Shown here: in pieces, positions 9,595-18,821 of the stretch | Position numbering within the stretch: position 1 is the stretch's first letter | Layout of the letters: each line of letters starts with the position of its first letter | Assembly: GCA_963845495.1 (NCBI GenBank) | Contig: CAWJTH010000202.1 | Coordinates: 3,239-67,238, forward strand | Direction: 5' to 3' | DNA length: 64,000 nucleotides | Source of the DNA: an uncultured Chitinophagaceae bacterium | GTDB lineage: Bacteria; Bacteroidota; Bacteroidia; Chitinophagales; Chitinophagaceae | Translations under genes and position numbers: made by a program | Notes under the pieces: model-generated | Seen by the model: the letters and a program-made list of their open reading frames with translations, nothing else | The model's database searches: none | Told to the model about the DNA's origin: nothing

Positions 9595-9780
9595 GTGAAA
9601 CGTGAGACGTGAAATGTGAGACGTGAAATGTGAGACGTGAAACGTGAAACGTGAGACGTGAGACGTGAAATGTGAGGCATGAATCGTGAATCGTGAAATG
9701 TGAATCGTGAGGCATGAAACGTAAGTGAGTCGTTGCGGAATTAGTGAACCCGCTCACGACTCACGTCTGACGATTCACGA
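9595..9780. repeat. long tandem gtgaNNc word array plus short complementary arm
   Basis: Positions 9595-9735 are made almost entirely of cgtgagacgtgaaatgtgaga-type units. The opposing arm cgctcacgactcacgtctgacgattcacga (9752-9780) overlaps the stop of the upstream gene. Track ORF 9575-9757 is a translation of this repeat. Confidence 0.8.
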
Positions 9781-10668
9781 TTTTATTTGTCGGGGCATGT
9801 ATTGTCTGTTTGCTTCGCCACGATTTATTGTTTCAATTGCATCTTTAATAATAGCTAAACTGCTTCGCCATTCTGTTTTTGGCGGATTATATTTAGCAAA
9901 TTTTGCAGCATCTGCCAGCCTAATTGTATTGGCAAATTGGTAAAACAATTCATGGTTTAAAATTGGTTTTGCTTGCAAAATCAATTCATCGCCGGTTTGC
10001 TGCAAACTACGCCAGTTGCGGCTTTCGGCTAAATAACGGCGATAAATATCTATAAGTTGTGTAAAAAAAATGGCCGGTTTTTGTGTCGAAATTTTAGTTT
10101 CCAATTCGCTTAATGCCTGCATGGCATTATCAAAAGGGTTGCCCACCGGAACAAATTGTTTTTTTATTTCTTTTGTAATCTTTGTTTTTTTAATGAAACG
10201 ATAGACCCCAACAATTGAAAGAACCGCAATTAAACCAATGCCTAAAATGTAGGGCCATTGCGGCACTGGCGGTACCTCAATAATATCTTTGATGTCGTGG
10301 TAATCTTTTAACGAATCAACGTTTACGGGTTGCACATCAATGATAAACGAATTGGTGTGAACGGTGGCTTTTGCACCCATAATTTTTAATTCGGGAAATA
10401 CAAACTGGCCCGAATCGTAACTGGTAATGGTGATATTTTGTACCAAGGTGTCGCCATTGCGTTGTGGTTGGCTGCGGCTCCAAATGTCAAAATGCGGTAT
10501 GGAATCGGGGATAATAAATGCATCGTTGTTGCTTGGCGCAATGGAAATCAATTGTACGTGGATAGGCTCCGCAGTGCGGATGGAGGACCTATCGGGTGTG
10601 GCGTTTTGCTGTGCGTTGGCAAAGTGAAAAGTAAAAAGTAAAAAGGATAAAGTAAAAAACCGCATCAT
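9775..10668 (-). CDS. hypothetical signal-peptide/TM protein of the MoxR-DUF58-BatA operon
   Basis: Likely start MMRFFTLSFLLFTFHFANAQ at 10668 (a signal peptide). It has a central TM helix (ILGIGLIAVLSIVGVY). Its position between DUF58 and batA matches Bat operons. No family was recognised with certainty. Confidence 0.6.
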   Translation of the reverse strand: MMRFFTLSFLLFTFHFANAQQNATPDRSSIRTAEPIHVQLISIAPSNNDAFIIPDSIPHFDIWSRSQPQRNGDTLVQNITITSYDSGQFVFPELKIMGAKATVHTNSFIIDVQPVNVDSLKDYHDIKDIIEVPPVPQWPYILGIGLIAVLSIVGVYRFIKKTKITKEIKKQFVPVGNPFDNAMQALSELETKISTQKPAIFFTQLIDIYRRYLAESRNWRSLQQTGDELILQAKPILNHELFYQFANTIRLADAAKFAKYNPPKTEWRSSLAIIKDAIETINRGEANRQYMPRQIKS

Positions 10669-10793
10669 TTTACCTGCGCCAAAATAAAAGCGTTTCAAGG
10701 TTTGACTTATCGTATTAAATTGTGTTTTATCTAAAATCATCATTTTTTCAATCATTAGCACATTAGCTAATCAGCACATTGTCACATTTATTT

Positions 10794-11663
10794 TCATCGT
10801 CCCCTGCTCAAAAAAAACCGTTGTAAGGGTTGCACAAAATCTTCGTCTGTTTTAAATTCCAAGCTTTCGGCGCCTGCTTTTTTAATCGTTTGTTTTAATT
10901 GTGCCCATTGGTGTAGCTGGCGGTTTTTATAAAATTGCCGATGGTGTTTGTTGCTGCTATCGATCCAAAAAACTTTACCCGTTTCGGCATCCATCAGCGG
11001 CAATAAACCTACAGATGGCAGCTGCGTTTCCATTTCGTCGAAAATGCGGATGCACACCAAATCATGCTTGATAGAGGTAACTTTCATCGGTTTTTCAAAA
11101 CCTACATCGGCAAAATCACTGCACAAAAAGGCGATTGATTTTTGGTGAACGGTATGGTTAAAAAAATGTAAGGCTGCTTCAATATGTGTGCCTGGGTTTT
11201 GCGGTTCAATGGTAAGCATGGTGCGGACAATATACAATACATGATCGCGGCCTTTTTTTGGGGCGATGTATTTTTCAACCCGATCGCTAAAAAAGATGGC
11301 GCCCACTTTATCGTTGTTGTTAATGGCACTGAAAGCCAGTACTGCACTTATTTCCGTAATTAACTGCTGTTTTGTGCGCTGCTTGGTGCCAATTAAATTG
11401 CTGGCGCTAATGTCGATTAACAGCATTACGGTCAGTTCCCTTTCTTCTTCAAACAATTTGCTAAAAGGATGACCAAAACGGGCACTCGTATTCCAATCGA
11501 TGAAGCGGATGTCATCGCCATGGGCATATTCCCGAACTTCCTTAAAAGTCATGCCGCGGCCTTTAAAAGCAGAATGGTACTCGCCGCTAAAAATATTTGC
11601 GGAAAGCCGTTTGCTTTTAATTTCCAAAGCCCGGACCTGGGATAATATTTCTTGAATAGTCAT
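10794..11663 (-). CDS. DUF58 domain protein (MoxR partner)
   Basis: 289 aa. The block GEYHSAFKGRGMTFKEVREYAHGDDIRFIDWN is the conserved DUF58 motif. It lies downstream of the MoxR ATPase. Confidence 0.85.
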   Translation of the reverse strand: MTIQEILSQVRALEIKSKRLSANIFSGEYHSAFKGRGMTFKEVREYAHGDDIRFIDWNTSARFGHPFSKLFEEERELTVMLLIDISASNLIGTKQRTKQQLITEISAVLAFSAINNNDKVGAIFFSDRVEKYIAPKKGRDHVLYIVRTMLTIEPQNPGTHIEAALHFFNHTVHQKSIAFLCSDFADVGFEKPMKVTSIKHDLVCIRIFDEMETQLPSVGLLPLMDAETGKVFWIDSSNKHHRQFYKNRQLHQWAQLKQTIKKAGAESLEFKTDEDFVQPLQRFFLSRGR

Positions 11664-11669
11664 AAAAGA

Positions 11670-11935
11670 GATGGCGGATGGCAGTTGATGGATGGCAGAA
11701 TTGGAATTTGGAGGTGCTTATTTTATTTTAATTATTTACTAATGATGACGGTGGGTGGCTGCGATATGAAAATTTAGAAATTCGTTCTGTTATTTTAAAT
11801 CGTTTGTAGCTAATTTGTAATGATTTATTAAACCATTTAAAAGGCGTAAACACTTCTCGAGTAATATGATTTTTTTAAACAAAAAGTAAAGACTATAATT
11901 TCAACTCCGCCATCCGCCAACTACCTACTGCCATC
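11670..11935. repeat. imperfect inverted word arms (gatggc/gccatc) bracketing a 206-bp AT-rich spacer inside the moxR-DUF58 operon
   Basis: gatggcggatggcagttgatggatggcag (11670-11698) starts 7 nt from the DUF58 ATG. ctccgccatccgccaactacctactgccatc (11905-11935) ends 6 nt from the moxR stop. Confidence 0.7.
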
Positions 11936-11940
11936 TTCAC

Positions 11941-12939
11941 CTACGGCACTTGCACTGCTTTCAAAATATCGCTTACTACGTTTTCAACCGTAATATCCTC
12001 AGCTTCAGCCTCATACGATAAGCCAATGCGGTGGCGTAATACATCGTGTGCTATGCTGCGTACATCATCGGGAATAACATAAGCCCGCTTATTTAAAAAT
12101 GCCTGGGCTTTTGCACCCAAGGCCAAATTGATGCTGGCACGGGGCGAACCGCCATAGCTAATTAGGTTGGCCAATTTACTCAGGCCAAAATCTTTTGGTT
12201 TGCGGGTGGCAAAAACAATATCCAGAATATAGTTTTCTATTTTTTCATCCATGTAAATTTTCCGGGTCAGGTTCCGTGCATTTACAATTTCTTCTCCGCT
12301 TACCACTGGTTGGATAACAGGCAAAGCTTCACCAGAAATTTGCTGACGAACGATTTGTTGCTCCTCGATTTTTGATGGGTAACCAACAATCACTTTCATC
12401 ATAAACCTATCTTGTTGCGCCTCGGGCAACGGATAAGTGCCTTCTTGTTCCAACGGGTTTTGGGTAGCCAATACCAAAAATGGATCGTCTAGTTTAAACG
12501 TGTGTTCACCAATGGTTACTTGGCGCTCCTGCATGGCTTCCAACAAGGCGCTTTGCACTTTTGCGGGGGCACGGTTTATTTCGTCGGCCAAAATAAAGTT
12601 GGCGAAAATGGGGCCCCTACGAACCACAAAATCACCTTTTTGTTGGTTGTAGATCATGGTACCAATTACATCGGCAGGCAACAAATCGGGTGTAAACTGT
12701 ATCCGGCTAAAAGCTACGCTAATGGCTTGCGATAAACTTTTGATAGTTAATGTTTTAGCCAAGCCAGGCACACCTTCTAGCAAAATATGGCCGTTGCAAA
12801 GCAAGCCGGTTAGCAAACGGTCTATCATGCTTTGTTGGCCTATAATATGTTTGTGCAATTGGTTATTAATGCGCTCGGTAAAAGAGGAAGCTTGTATAAT
12901 TCGTTCCTGCAATAATTTTATGTCTTCGGCAGATTGCAT
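11941..12939 (-). CDS. moxR: MoxR family AAA+ ATPase
   Basis: 332 aa. Walker A GVPGLAKT, Walker B LADEINRA, and overall MoxR/RavA-like layout. Confidence 0.93.
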   Translation of the reverse strand: MQSAEDIKLLQERIIQASSFTERINNQLHKHIIGQQSMIDRLLTGLLCNGHILLEGVPGLAKTLTIKSLSQAISVAFSRIQFTPDLLPADVIGTMIYNQQKGDFVVRRGPIFANFILADEINRAPAKVQSALLEAMQERQVTIGEHTFKLDDPFLVLATQNPLEQEGTYPLPEAQQDRFMMKVIVGYPSKIEEQQIVRQQISGEALPVIQPVVSGEEIVNARNLTRKIYMDEKIENYILDIVFATRKPKDFGLSKLANLISYGGSPRASINLALGAKAQAFLNKRAYVIPDDVRSIAHDVLRHRIGLSYEAEAEDITVENVVSDILKAVQVP

Positions 12940-12974
12940 GTTTAAAAAAATATTAATCGGGTGAAAATAGGAGA

Positions 12975-13090
12975 AAATTAAAAAATAAAAAGTAAAAATT
13001 AAAAAGTACCTACTTGATTAAAAATATTGTGCTATTTCAATTATCCTTTGACATTTGCAATAGGCTTTTAATTTTTACTTTTTAATTTAA
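12975..13090. repeat. inverted aaaagtaaaaatt word arms in a divergent spacer
   Basis: ataaaaagtaaaaattaaaaagta (about 12985-13008) and cttttaatttttactttttaattt (13065-13088) are near-perfect reverse complements, differing by one A-run length. Confidence 0.7.
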
Positions 13091-13094
13091 TACC

Positions 13095-13424
13095 ATGGAT
13101 ACTTCAATGATAACAACCTCCAACCAATTGGAAGGTTTTACAATAACCAAGCATTTAGGCGTAGTTCGTGGCATCACCGTACGCAGCCGTAGCGTGTTGG
13201 GCAATTTGGCTGGTGTTTTGCAAAGCGCCTTTGGTGGCAAACTTTCTATTTATGTGGAACTCTGCGAAAAGGCTCGTGAAGAAGCTTTTCAATTAATGCA
13301 GCAACATGCAGACCAGCATGGTGCCAATGCCATTATAAACATGCGGTACGATGCCAATGAGGTGATGGATGGCATAACCGAAGTGCTGGCTTATGGAACC
13401 GCGGTAGTGGTGGAGAAAATATGA
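13095..13424 (+). CDS. ybjQ: YbjQ family (UPF0145) protein
   Basis: 109 aa. G...G.V.G..V.S......... and the ANAIINMRYD block are typical of the YbjQ/DUF74 family. Confidence 0.85.
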   Translation: MDTSMITTSNQLEGFTITKHLGVVRGITVRSRSVLGNLAGVLQSAFGGKLSIYVELCEKAREEAFQLMQQHADQHGANAIINMRYDANEVMDGITEVLAYGTAVVVEKI

Positions 13425-13721
13425 TTACTCGAATTTGTTTTTAATTGGGTCTTGCCGGGTATCAAAAATTTTTAGCAATTCAATCATATTTTCCGTTACT
13501 TGATAATAGAGCTTGTTATGCTTTGTTATCAATAACATTCGCGTTTCTCCATCTTTTGATAAACGCCCAATAAAAGGCTGTTTACTTAATGAATCAAGCT
13601 TAAATTATATAATTTCAATAAAATCGCTCGTAACTTTATCGTTCCAATGTTCACGTAGGTAAAAAAGGACACTTAAATAATTTTCCCAAGCTACGGAAGT
13701 CCAAACTATTTCATAAACCAT
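13425..13721 (-). pseudogene. RelE/ParE family toxin with an in-frame TAA
   Basis: Manual translation from the ATG at 13721 (overlapping the antitoxin end) gives MVYEIVWTSVAWENYLSVLFYLREHWNDKVTSDFIEII*FKLDSLSKQPFIGRLSKDGETRMLLITKHNKLYYQVTENMIELLKIFDTRQDPIKNKFE. The internal stop is at 13607-13605. The length (99 codons including both stops) and the YY....I.I..I.D.RQDP ending are RelE/ParE-like. Confidence 0.7.
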
Positions 13722-13951
13722 TCTCTTGTCAGCTTTTTAACTTCTTCATGACTTATTACTTTTCCTTCTTTTGCCTGTTGTTTTGCCAATTTTAATCTTT
13801 CAAGTTGCTCAGGGTTCAATTCGTCCAAAATATCTATTGAATCTTCTTGTAAAATGTCATTTAATAACACATTTATTTCATTCAACTTATAAGGTTCTTC
13901 TACGCTGTCTATTTTTTTGTGGATGCTAGCTTTTAATTCTGATATGTCCAT
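13706..13951 (-). CDS. putative antitoxin (addiction-module component) of the decayed RelE/ParE locus
   Basis: 81 aa from the ATG at 13951. It is acidic and helical, and its stop overlaps the toxin ATG by 16 nt. Confidence 0.55.
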   Translation of the reverse strand: MDISELKASIHKKIDSVEEPYKLNEINVLLNDILQEDSIDILDELNPEQLERLKLAKQQAKEGKVISHEEVKKLTREWFMK

Positions 13952-13986
13952 AATCAATATTTATTTAAAGATACTTGTAAAACTTC

Positions 13987-15669
13987 TCAACTCAAATATT
14001 TCCCCACAATCGGCACCCTTCTGCCAACACCAAACGCTTTTGGCGAAACGCGGATAATGGGACAAAACTGGTTACGCTTGTATTCGTTCAAATTGACCAT
14101 CCTCAAAATGCGATCCACCAATTTAGCCTCGAAACCCATGGCTTTTATCTCGTTCGGGCCTTGGCGGCGTTCAATATATTGGTAAAGGATCGGATCTAAA
14201 ATATCATATTCCGGTAAACTGTCACTGTCTTTTTGGTCGGGCCGAAGTTCGGCGCTGGGTGGTTTGGTAATAATGTTTTCAGGGATGATTTCACCATTTC
14301 GATTAATGTATTTGGCCAGCTCAAACACTTGTAATTTATAGCAATCGCCCAACACACCAAGCCCGCCGGCCATATCGCCGTATAAAGTGCCGTAACCGGT
14401 TGAAAGTTCGCTTTTATTGCTGGTATTCAACAATATATAATTGAATTTATTGGCAATAGCCATTACCAAATTACCACGTATCCTACTTTGTATATTTTCT
14501 TCCGCTACATTAAACGGTAAATCTTTAAAAATGGGTTTTAAGTCCGTTTCAAATTGGTCGAAGATGTTTTTGATGGGTACGATATCGTAAGCGTTATCTA
14601 AGTTTTGGCTTAATTTTTCCGCATCACTTACTGAATGGCCCGTCGAAAACTGGGATGGCATTAAAATAGCACGTACATTTTCTTTACCCAATGCCGCCAC
14701 GGCCAATGCTAAAGTTACAGCGCTGTCTATGCCGCCGCTACTGGCAATAATGGCTTGTTTAAAACCCATTTTACCAAAATAATCTTTTATTCCCAATACC
14801 AAAGCGTCGTATACCTGATCAACGTTCAATAATGCATTCAGCTGGCTGGCATCGGGCGCATGTGCGGGCAATGTTTCTTTAACGGCTGTTGTTCCACCGG
14901 TAACAGACCCGTCTTCATGCAGGTCAAATACTTGCAAGTTTTCATCAAACATGGGCATTTGGCCACAAAGGTTTCCATTTTTGTCGTACACCATCGAAGC
15001 GCCATCAAACACAATTTCGGTTTGGCTGCCAACCGCGTTACAATAAAACATCGGCAGCTTATATTTCTTTACATTGGATAAGATTACTGCTTTGCGGTCG
15101 TCAAAATGCATGTAATCAAAAGGTGAAGCGCTTAAATTCAACATTAAATCGGGCTGTTGGTCCATCAAATAATCCATAGGGCAAATACGGTACAATGGAT
15201 TGTCGCCAACGTTCCAAATGTCTTCGCAAATGGTAACAGCCAATTTTTTTCCCTTAAAATTAATAACGCTCCAGCCATAAGCGGGCTCAAAATAGCGGTA
15301 TTCATCAAATACATCATACGTGGGTAAAAGTGTTTTATGAACCGTTCCCTGCACTTCCTTTTCGTATAAAAAATAGGCCGCGTTAAATAAATCCTTTCCT
15401 TCTTTTATGGGGTTGTGTTCCGGTGCGCCAACCAGCACGGCAATTGTGTCAGCATATTGTTTTATCTCATCGATTGCTTTATTGCAGCGTTGTATAAAAT
15501 CATCAAATTCCAAAAAATCTCTCGGCGGATAACCGCAAATGCACAATTCGCTAAACAAAACCAAATCTGCACCCAAAGATTTTGCCTCTTTTATAGCCGA
15601 AATTATTTTTGCCGTGTTCCCTTCAAAATTCCCAACATGATAGTTCTGTTGTGCCAGTGCTATTTTCAT
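13987..15669 (-). CDS. nadE: glutamine-dependent NAD+ synthetase
   Basis: 560 aa. It has an N-terminal nitrilase/CN-hydrolase domain (FSELCICGYPP) and a C-terminal NAD synthetase domain with the SGGIDS P-loop. Confidence 0.93.
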   Translation of the reverse strand: MKIALAQQNYHVGNFEGNTAKIISAIKEAKSLGADLVLFSELCICGYPPRDFLEFDDFIQRCNKAIDEIKQYADTIAVLVGAPEHNPIKEGKDLFNAAYFLYEKEVQGTVHKTLLPTYDVFDEYRYFEPAYGWSVINFKGKKLAVTICEDIWNVGDNPLYRICPMDYLMDQQPDLMLNLSASPFDYMHFDDRKAVILSNVKKYKLPMFYCNAVGSQTEIVFDGASMVYDKNGNLCGQMPMFDENLQVFDLHEDGSVTGGTTAVKETLPAHAPDASQLNALLNVDQVYDALVLGIKDYFGKMGFKQAIIASSGGIDSAVTLALAVAALGKENVRAILMPSQFSTGHSVSDAEKLSQNLDNAYDIVPIKNIFDQFETDLKPIFKDLPFNVAEENIQSRIRGNLVMAIANKFNYILLNTSNKSELSTGYGTLYGDMAGGLGVLGDCYKLQVFELAKYINRNGEIIPENIITKPPSAELRPDQKDSDSLPEYDILDPILYQYIERRQGPNEIKAMGFEAKLVDRILRMVNLNEYKRNQFCPIIRVSPKAFGVGRRVPIVGKYLS

Positions 15670-15836
15670 GCGGCAAAATTACGATGGAATTTCTTTTGGT
15701 TATTGAATCAATAAGTCGTCGGAGGTCATTTGTAGAAATTTACAAATAGCCTATTCACTTCATCCTTTAAAAGCATAAACGTAGCTTGTTTTCAGTTGTA
15801 TTTTGTAAGAGATATATTTGTATAACAAATTTTTTT

Positions 15837-16868
15837 ATGGAATTAGATAGTGTTAAGCCGCAATTTTTATTGCCTTCTTCCACTGAGACAGGCAAAATAA
15901 ATATTATGCACCTAAAACGGTTCTGGTCAAAATCGGCAGCAAAAAGAGAAGGAAATAAACACCATCATATACCAGACGAATGGGTACTTGATACCACACT
16001 TTTAAGTGCATTGGGCCTGGGAATTGAACAAACAATGCGGTATCTGTATCTAGAAAATCCTGATTTTGATACGTTTGAAGATTGGATATTGGAAATAAAC
16101 GGCCAGTCTATTACGGAAGAAAAAATAGAAAGATTCAACAACCAGATCACCAATAATCCGCCGCAGGCTGCGGGTAACATACAACCCACATTGAACGGGG
16201 AACAGATGGATTTTTGGAATGAGAACGGTTATATCATCCTGCGCAACGCCGTGCCTAAAACCGATTGTGATGCCACCGTTCAATTAATTTGCGATTTTTT
16301 GACAGTTGATATTAACGACCCGGCCACTTGGTACAATCTGCACCCCGCTAAACAAGGCATTATGGTACAATTGTTTCAGCACCCTTTGTTGCAAAAAAAC
16401 CGGGATTCCCCAATTATTAAGGCCGCTTACGAGCAATTATGGCGTAGAAAAGATATTTGGGTAAATACCGATCGGGTAGGTTTTAATCCGCCAGAAACAG
16501 AAACTTATCATTTTTCAGGGCCGCATCTACATTGGGATGTTAGCATTGCGCAGCCCATCCCTTTTGGGTTGCAGGGAATTTTATACCTAACAGATACAAA
16601 AGCCAACCAAGGCGCATTTACATTGGTACCCGGTTTTCAAAACCGCATCGCTGCCTGGATGGATAACTTGCCAACAGGAACCAATCCCAGAACGCAAAAC
16701 ATGCATGCATTGGGTTCAAAACCTATTGCCGCCAATGCCGGCGATTTTATTATATGGCACCATGCATTGCCGCACGGCAGCAGCCCCAACACTTCTATCG
16801 TTCCGCGTTTTGTTCAATACATCAATTATGCTCCTTTAGACCCTGAAATGAAAAGGATTTGGATATAA
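15837..16868 (+). CDS. phytanoyl-CoA dioxygenase (PhyH) family Fe(II)/2OG oxygenase with an extra N-terminal region
   Basis: ATG at 15837 (MELDSVKPQ). The HLHWD ... IIWHHALPHGSSPN pattern fits the PhyH HxD...H facial triad. The first roughly 120 aa were not recognised. Confidence 0.7.
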   Translation: MELDSVKPQFLLPSSTETGKINIMHLKRFWSKSAAKREGNKHHHIPDEWVLDTTLLSALGLGIEQTMRYLYLENPDFDTFEDWILEINGQSITEEKIERFNNQITNNPPQAAGNIQPTLNGEQMDFWNENGYIILRNAVPKTDCDATVQLICDFLTVDINDPATWYNLHPAKQGIMVQLFQHPLLQKNRDSPIIKAAYEQLWRRKDIWVNTDRVGFNPPETETYHFSGPHLHWDVSIAQPIPFGLQGILYLTDTKANQGAFTLVPGFQNRIAAWMDNLPTGTNPRTQNMHALGSKPIAANAGDFIIWHHALPHGSSPNTSIVPRFVQYINYAPLDPEMKRIWI

Positions 16869-17093
16869 ATGGACGTTAATAAAATTTTCCGTTCGAAGAA
16901 TTGCAAATAGGCTAAATGGCATTATCTGCAAAACCATCCATCTATTCTTTACTTTACCGCTAAATGTCCGTTTTATCAAGCTTTGTTTGCAACTCTTTAT
17001 TCTTTTTGATTAATCCACCACCCATCAAATTAATTTGCCCATCCCGCAATTTCAAGTCAACTTTAGCGCAATCAATCTTTTCAATAAAAACTT

Positions 17094-18620
17094 ATGAGAA
17101 AATCCCTTGCCGCATTTGTTGCTTTGTATTGTTGCACCATCAATTTATCTGCCCAGAAATCAGTTGAAATGGCGTTGACCGCCAAGCCTGAAAAGCCCGT
17201 GGTGATGAACCGCATGGTAAATGTCGACTCATCTGTTACCACCAAAAACGAAGTAACCATCAAAGGCATTCGGGTTCCGTACACCGCCACCGCTGGCACG
17301 TTGCCGGTTTGGGATGAAGACGGCAAGGCCATCGCCTCCGTTTTTTATACTTATTACGAACGCACCGATGTAAAAGACCGGGCATCGCGGCCACTGGTTA
17401 TTTCTTTCAACGGTGGTCCAGGAACACCGTCTGTTTGGATGGAAATCGGTTACACCGGGCCTCGCATTTTAAATATCGATGAGGAAGGTTACCCAATTCA
17501 ACCGTACGGTGTGCACGAAAACCAGAATTCGATTTTAGATGTGGCTGATATCGTGTACGTGGATCCGGTAAACACAGGTTTTTCACGTCCGGTAAATAAA
17601 GATGTACCCACTAAAACTTTTTACGGTGTAAATGCCGACATAAAATATTTGGCTGAATGGCTAAACACATTTGTAACCCGCAAAAACCGCTGGGCTTCAC
17701 CAAAATATTTAATCGGCGAAAGTTATGGTACCACAAGGGTTTCGGGCTTAGCGCTGGAATTACAAAACGCTCAATGGATGTATTTAAACGGTGTGATTTT
17801 GGTTTCACCAACCGAATTGGGGATCGAAAGAAATGGGCCTGTTGCTGAAGCATTGATGTTGCCATATTATTCGGCTACGGCTTGGTACCACAAGGCATTG
17901 GGCGCCGATTTGTTGCAAAAAGATTTGACCGATATGTTGCCCGAAGTGGAAGATTTTACTATCAACCAATTGATACCGGCCATGGCAAAAGGTAGCAATT
18001 TGCCCGATGACCAAAAGCAACAAATTGCAGCCAAAATGGCCAAATATTGCGGCTTGTCTGAAAAAACAATTTTGCAACATAATTTAGATATTGAGCCAGA
18101 CTTTTTTTGGAAAGAATTGCTGCGTGACAAGGGTTTTACCATTGGCCGCTTAGATTCGCGTTATCGCGGTATCGACAAGCAATCGGCCGGCGAAGGCCCT
18201 GATTACAATGCCGAATTAACGGCTTGGCTGCATGCGTTTACGCCGGCCATCAATATTTATTTGCGGGAGGATTTAAATTTTAAGACTGATTTAAAATACA
18301 ATATGTTCGGCAATGTGTGGCCTTGGGATAACACGCATAACCAAACGGGCGAAAACCTGCGTCAAGCAATGGCGCAAAACCCTTATTTACATTTAATGGT
18401 ACAATCTGGTTATTACGATGGTGCCTGCGATTATTTCAATGCCAAATACAGCATGTGGCAATTGGATCCGAGCGGTAAATTAAAAGATAGGATGACTTGG
18501 AAAGGTTTCCGTAGCGGCCACATGATGTACCTACGCAAAAACGATTTGGTAAACGCTAACGAGCAGCTTCGGGAATTTATAAAAACTTCATTTAAGGCGG
18601 GTGAGCCGGCCAAGTTTTAG
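17094..18620 (+). CDS. S10 family serine carboxypeptidase, secreted
   Basis: 508 aa with a signal peptide. It has ISFNGGPGTPSVW and the catalytic-serine block GESYGTTRV characteristic of peptidase S10. Confidence 0.85.
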   Translation: MRKSLAAFVALYCCTINLSAQKSVEMALTAKPEKPVVMNRMVNVDSSVTTKNEVTIKGIRVPYTATAGTLPVWDEDGKAIASVFYTYYERTDVKDRASRPLVISFNGGPGTPSVWMEIGYTGPRILNIDEEGYPIQPYGVHENQNSILDVADIVYVDPVNTGFSRPVNKDVPTKTFYGVNADIKYLAEWLNTFVTRKNRWASPKYLIGESYGTTRVSGLALELQNAQWMYLNGVILVSPTELGIERNGPVAEALMLPYYSATAWYHKALGADLLQKDLTDMLPEVEDFTINQLIPAMAKGSNLPDDQKQQIAAKMAKYCGLSEKTILQHNLDIEPDFFWKELLRDKGFTIGRLDSRYRGIDKQSAGEGPDYNAELTAWLHAFTPAINIYLREDLNFKTDLKYNMFGNVWPWDNTHNQTGENLRQAMAQNPYLHLMVQSGYYDGACDYFNAKYSMWQLDPSGKLKDRMTWKGFRSGHMMYLRKNDLVNANEQLREFIKTSFKAGEPAKF

Positions 18621-18627
18621 TTGGGCC

Positions 18628-18821
18628 GTGTCAGACGCCTTTGTATTTTGGGCGTCTGACACATGGACGTGGATGAATATTTGCCTAGAAGGATGGAAAC
18701 ACGGATGGGACAGATCGAAGGGATTTTCACGGATTTATTGTTTGGATGATTTAATCCTATCCAAGCAATAAATCCGTTTTTTTCTGTTCCATCTGTTCCA
18801 TCCGTGTTTCCATCCTTCTAG
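18628..18821. repeat. composite repeat: 12-bp stem hairpin plus 137-bp nested cacggat palindrome (copy 1)
   Basis: gtgtcagacgcc tttgtattttg ggcgtctgacac spans 18628-18662. ctagaaggatggaaacacggatgggacagat (18685-18715) pairs with atctgttccatccgtgtttccatccttctag (18791-18821) with 1 mismatch. An inner cacggatttattg/caataaatccgt stem is nested inside. Confidence 0.85.

Noticed and set aside
9575-9757. 60-aa ORF (…HVSRLTFHVSRLTFHVS…)
   Set aside because: This is a direct translation of the tandem gtgaNNc word array and has periodic low-complexity sequence, so it is not a gene. The same applies to 46354-46772 (CT-rich tract) and 19774-20112 (cacggat repeat).
5850-9780. Repeat clusters as CRISPR arrays
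   Set aside because: The units are inverted arms or slippage-type word iterations. They are not identical direct repeats separated by unique spacers of regular length, and no cas genes are in the window.
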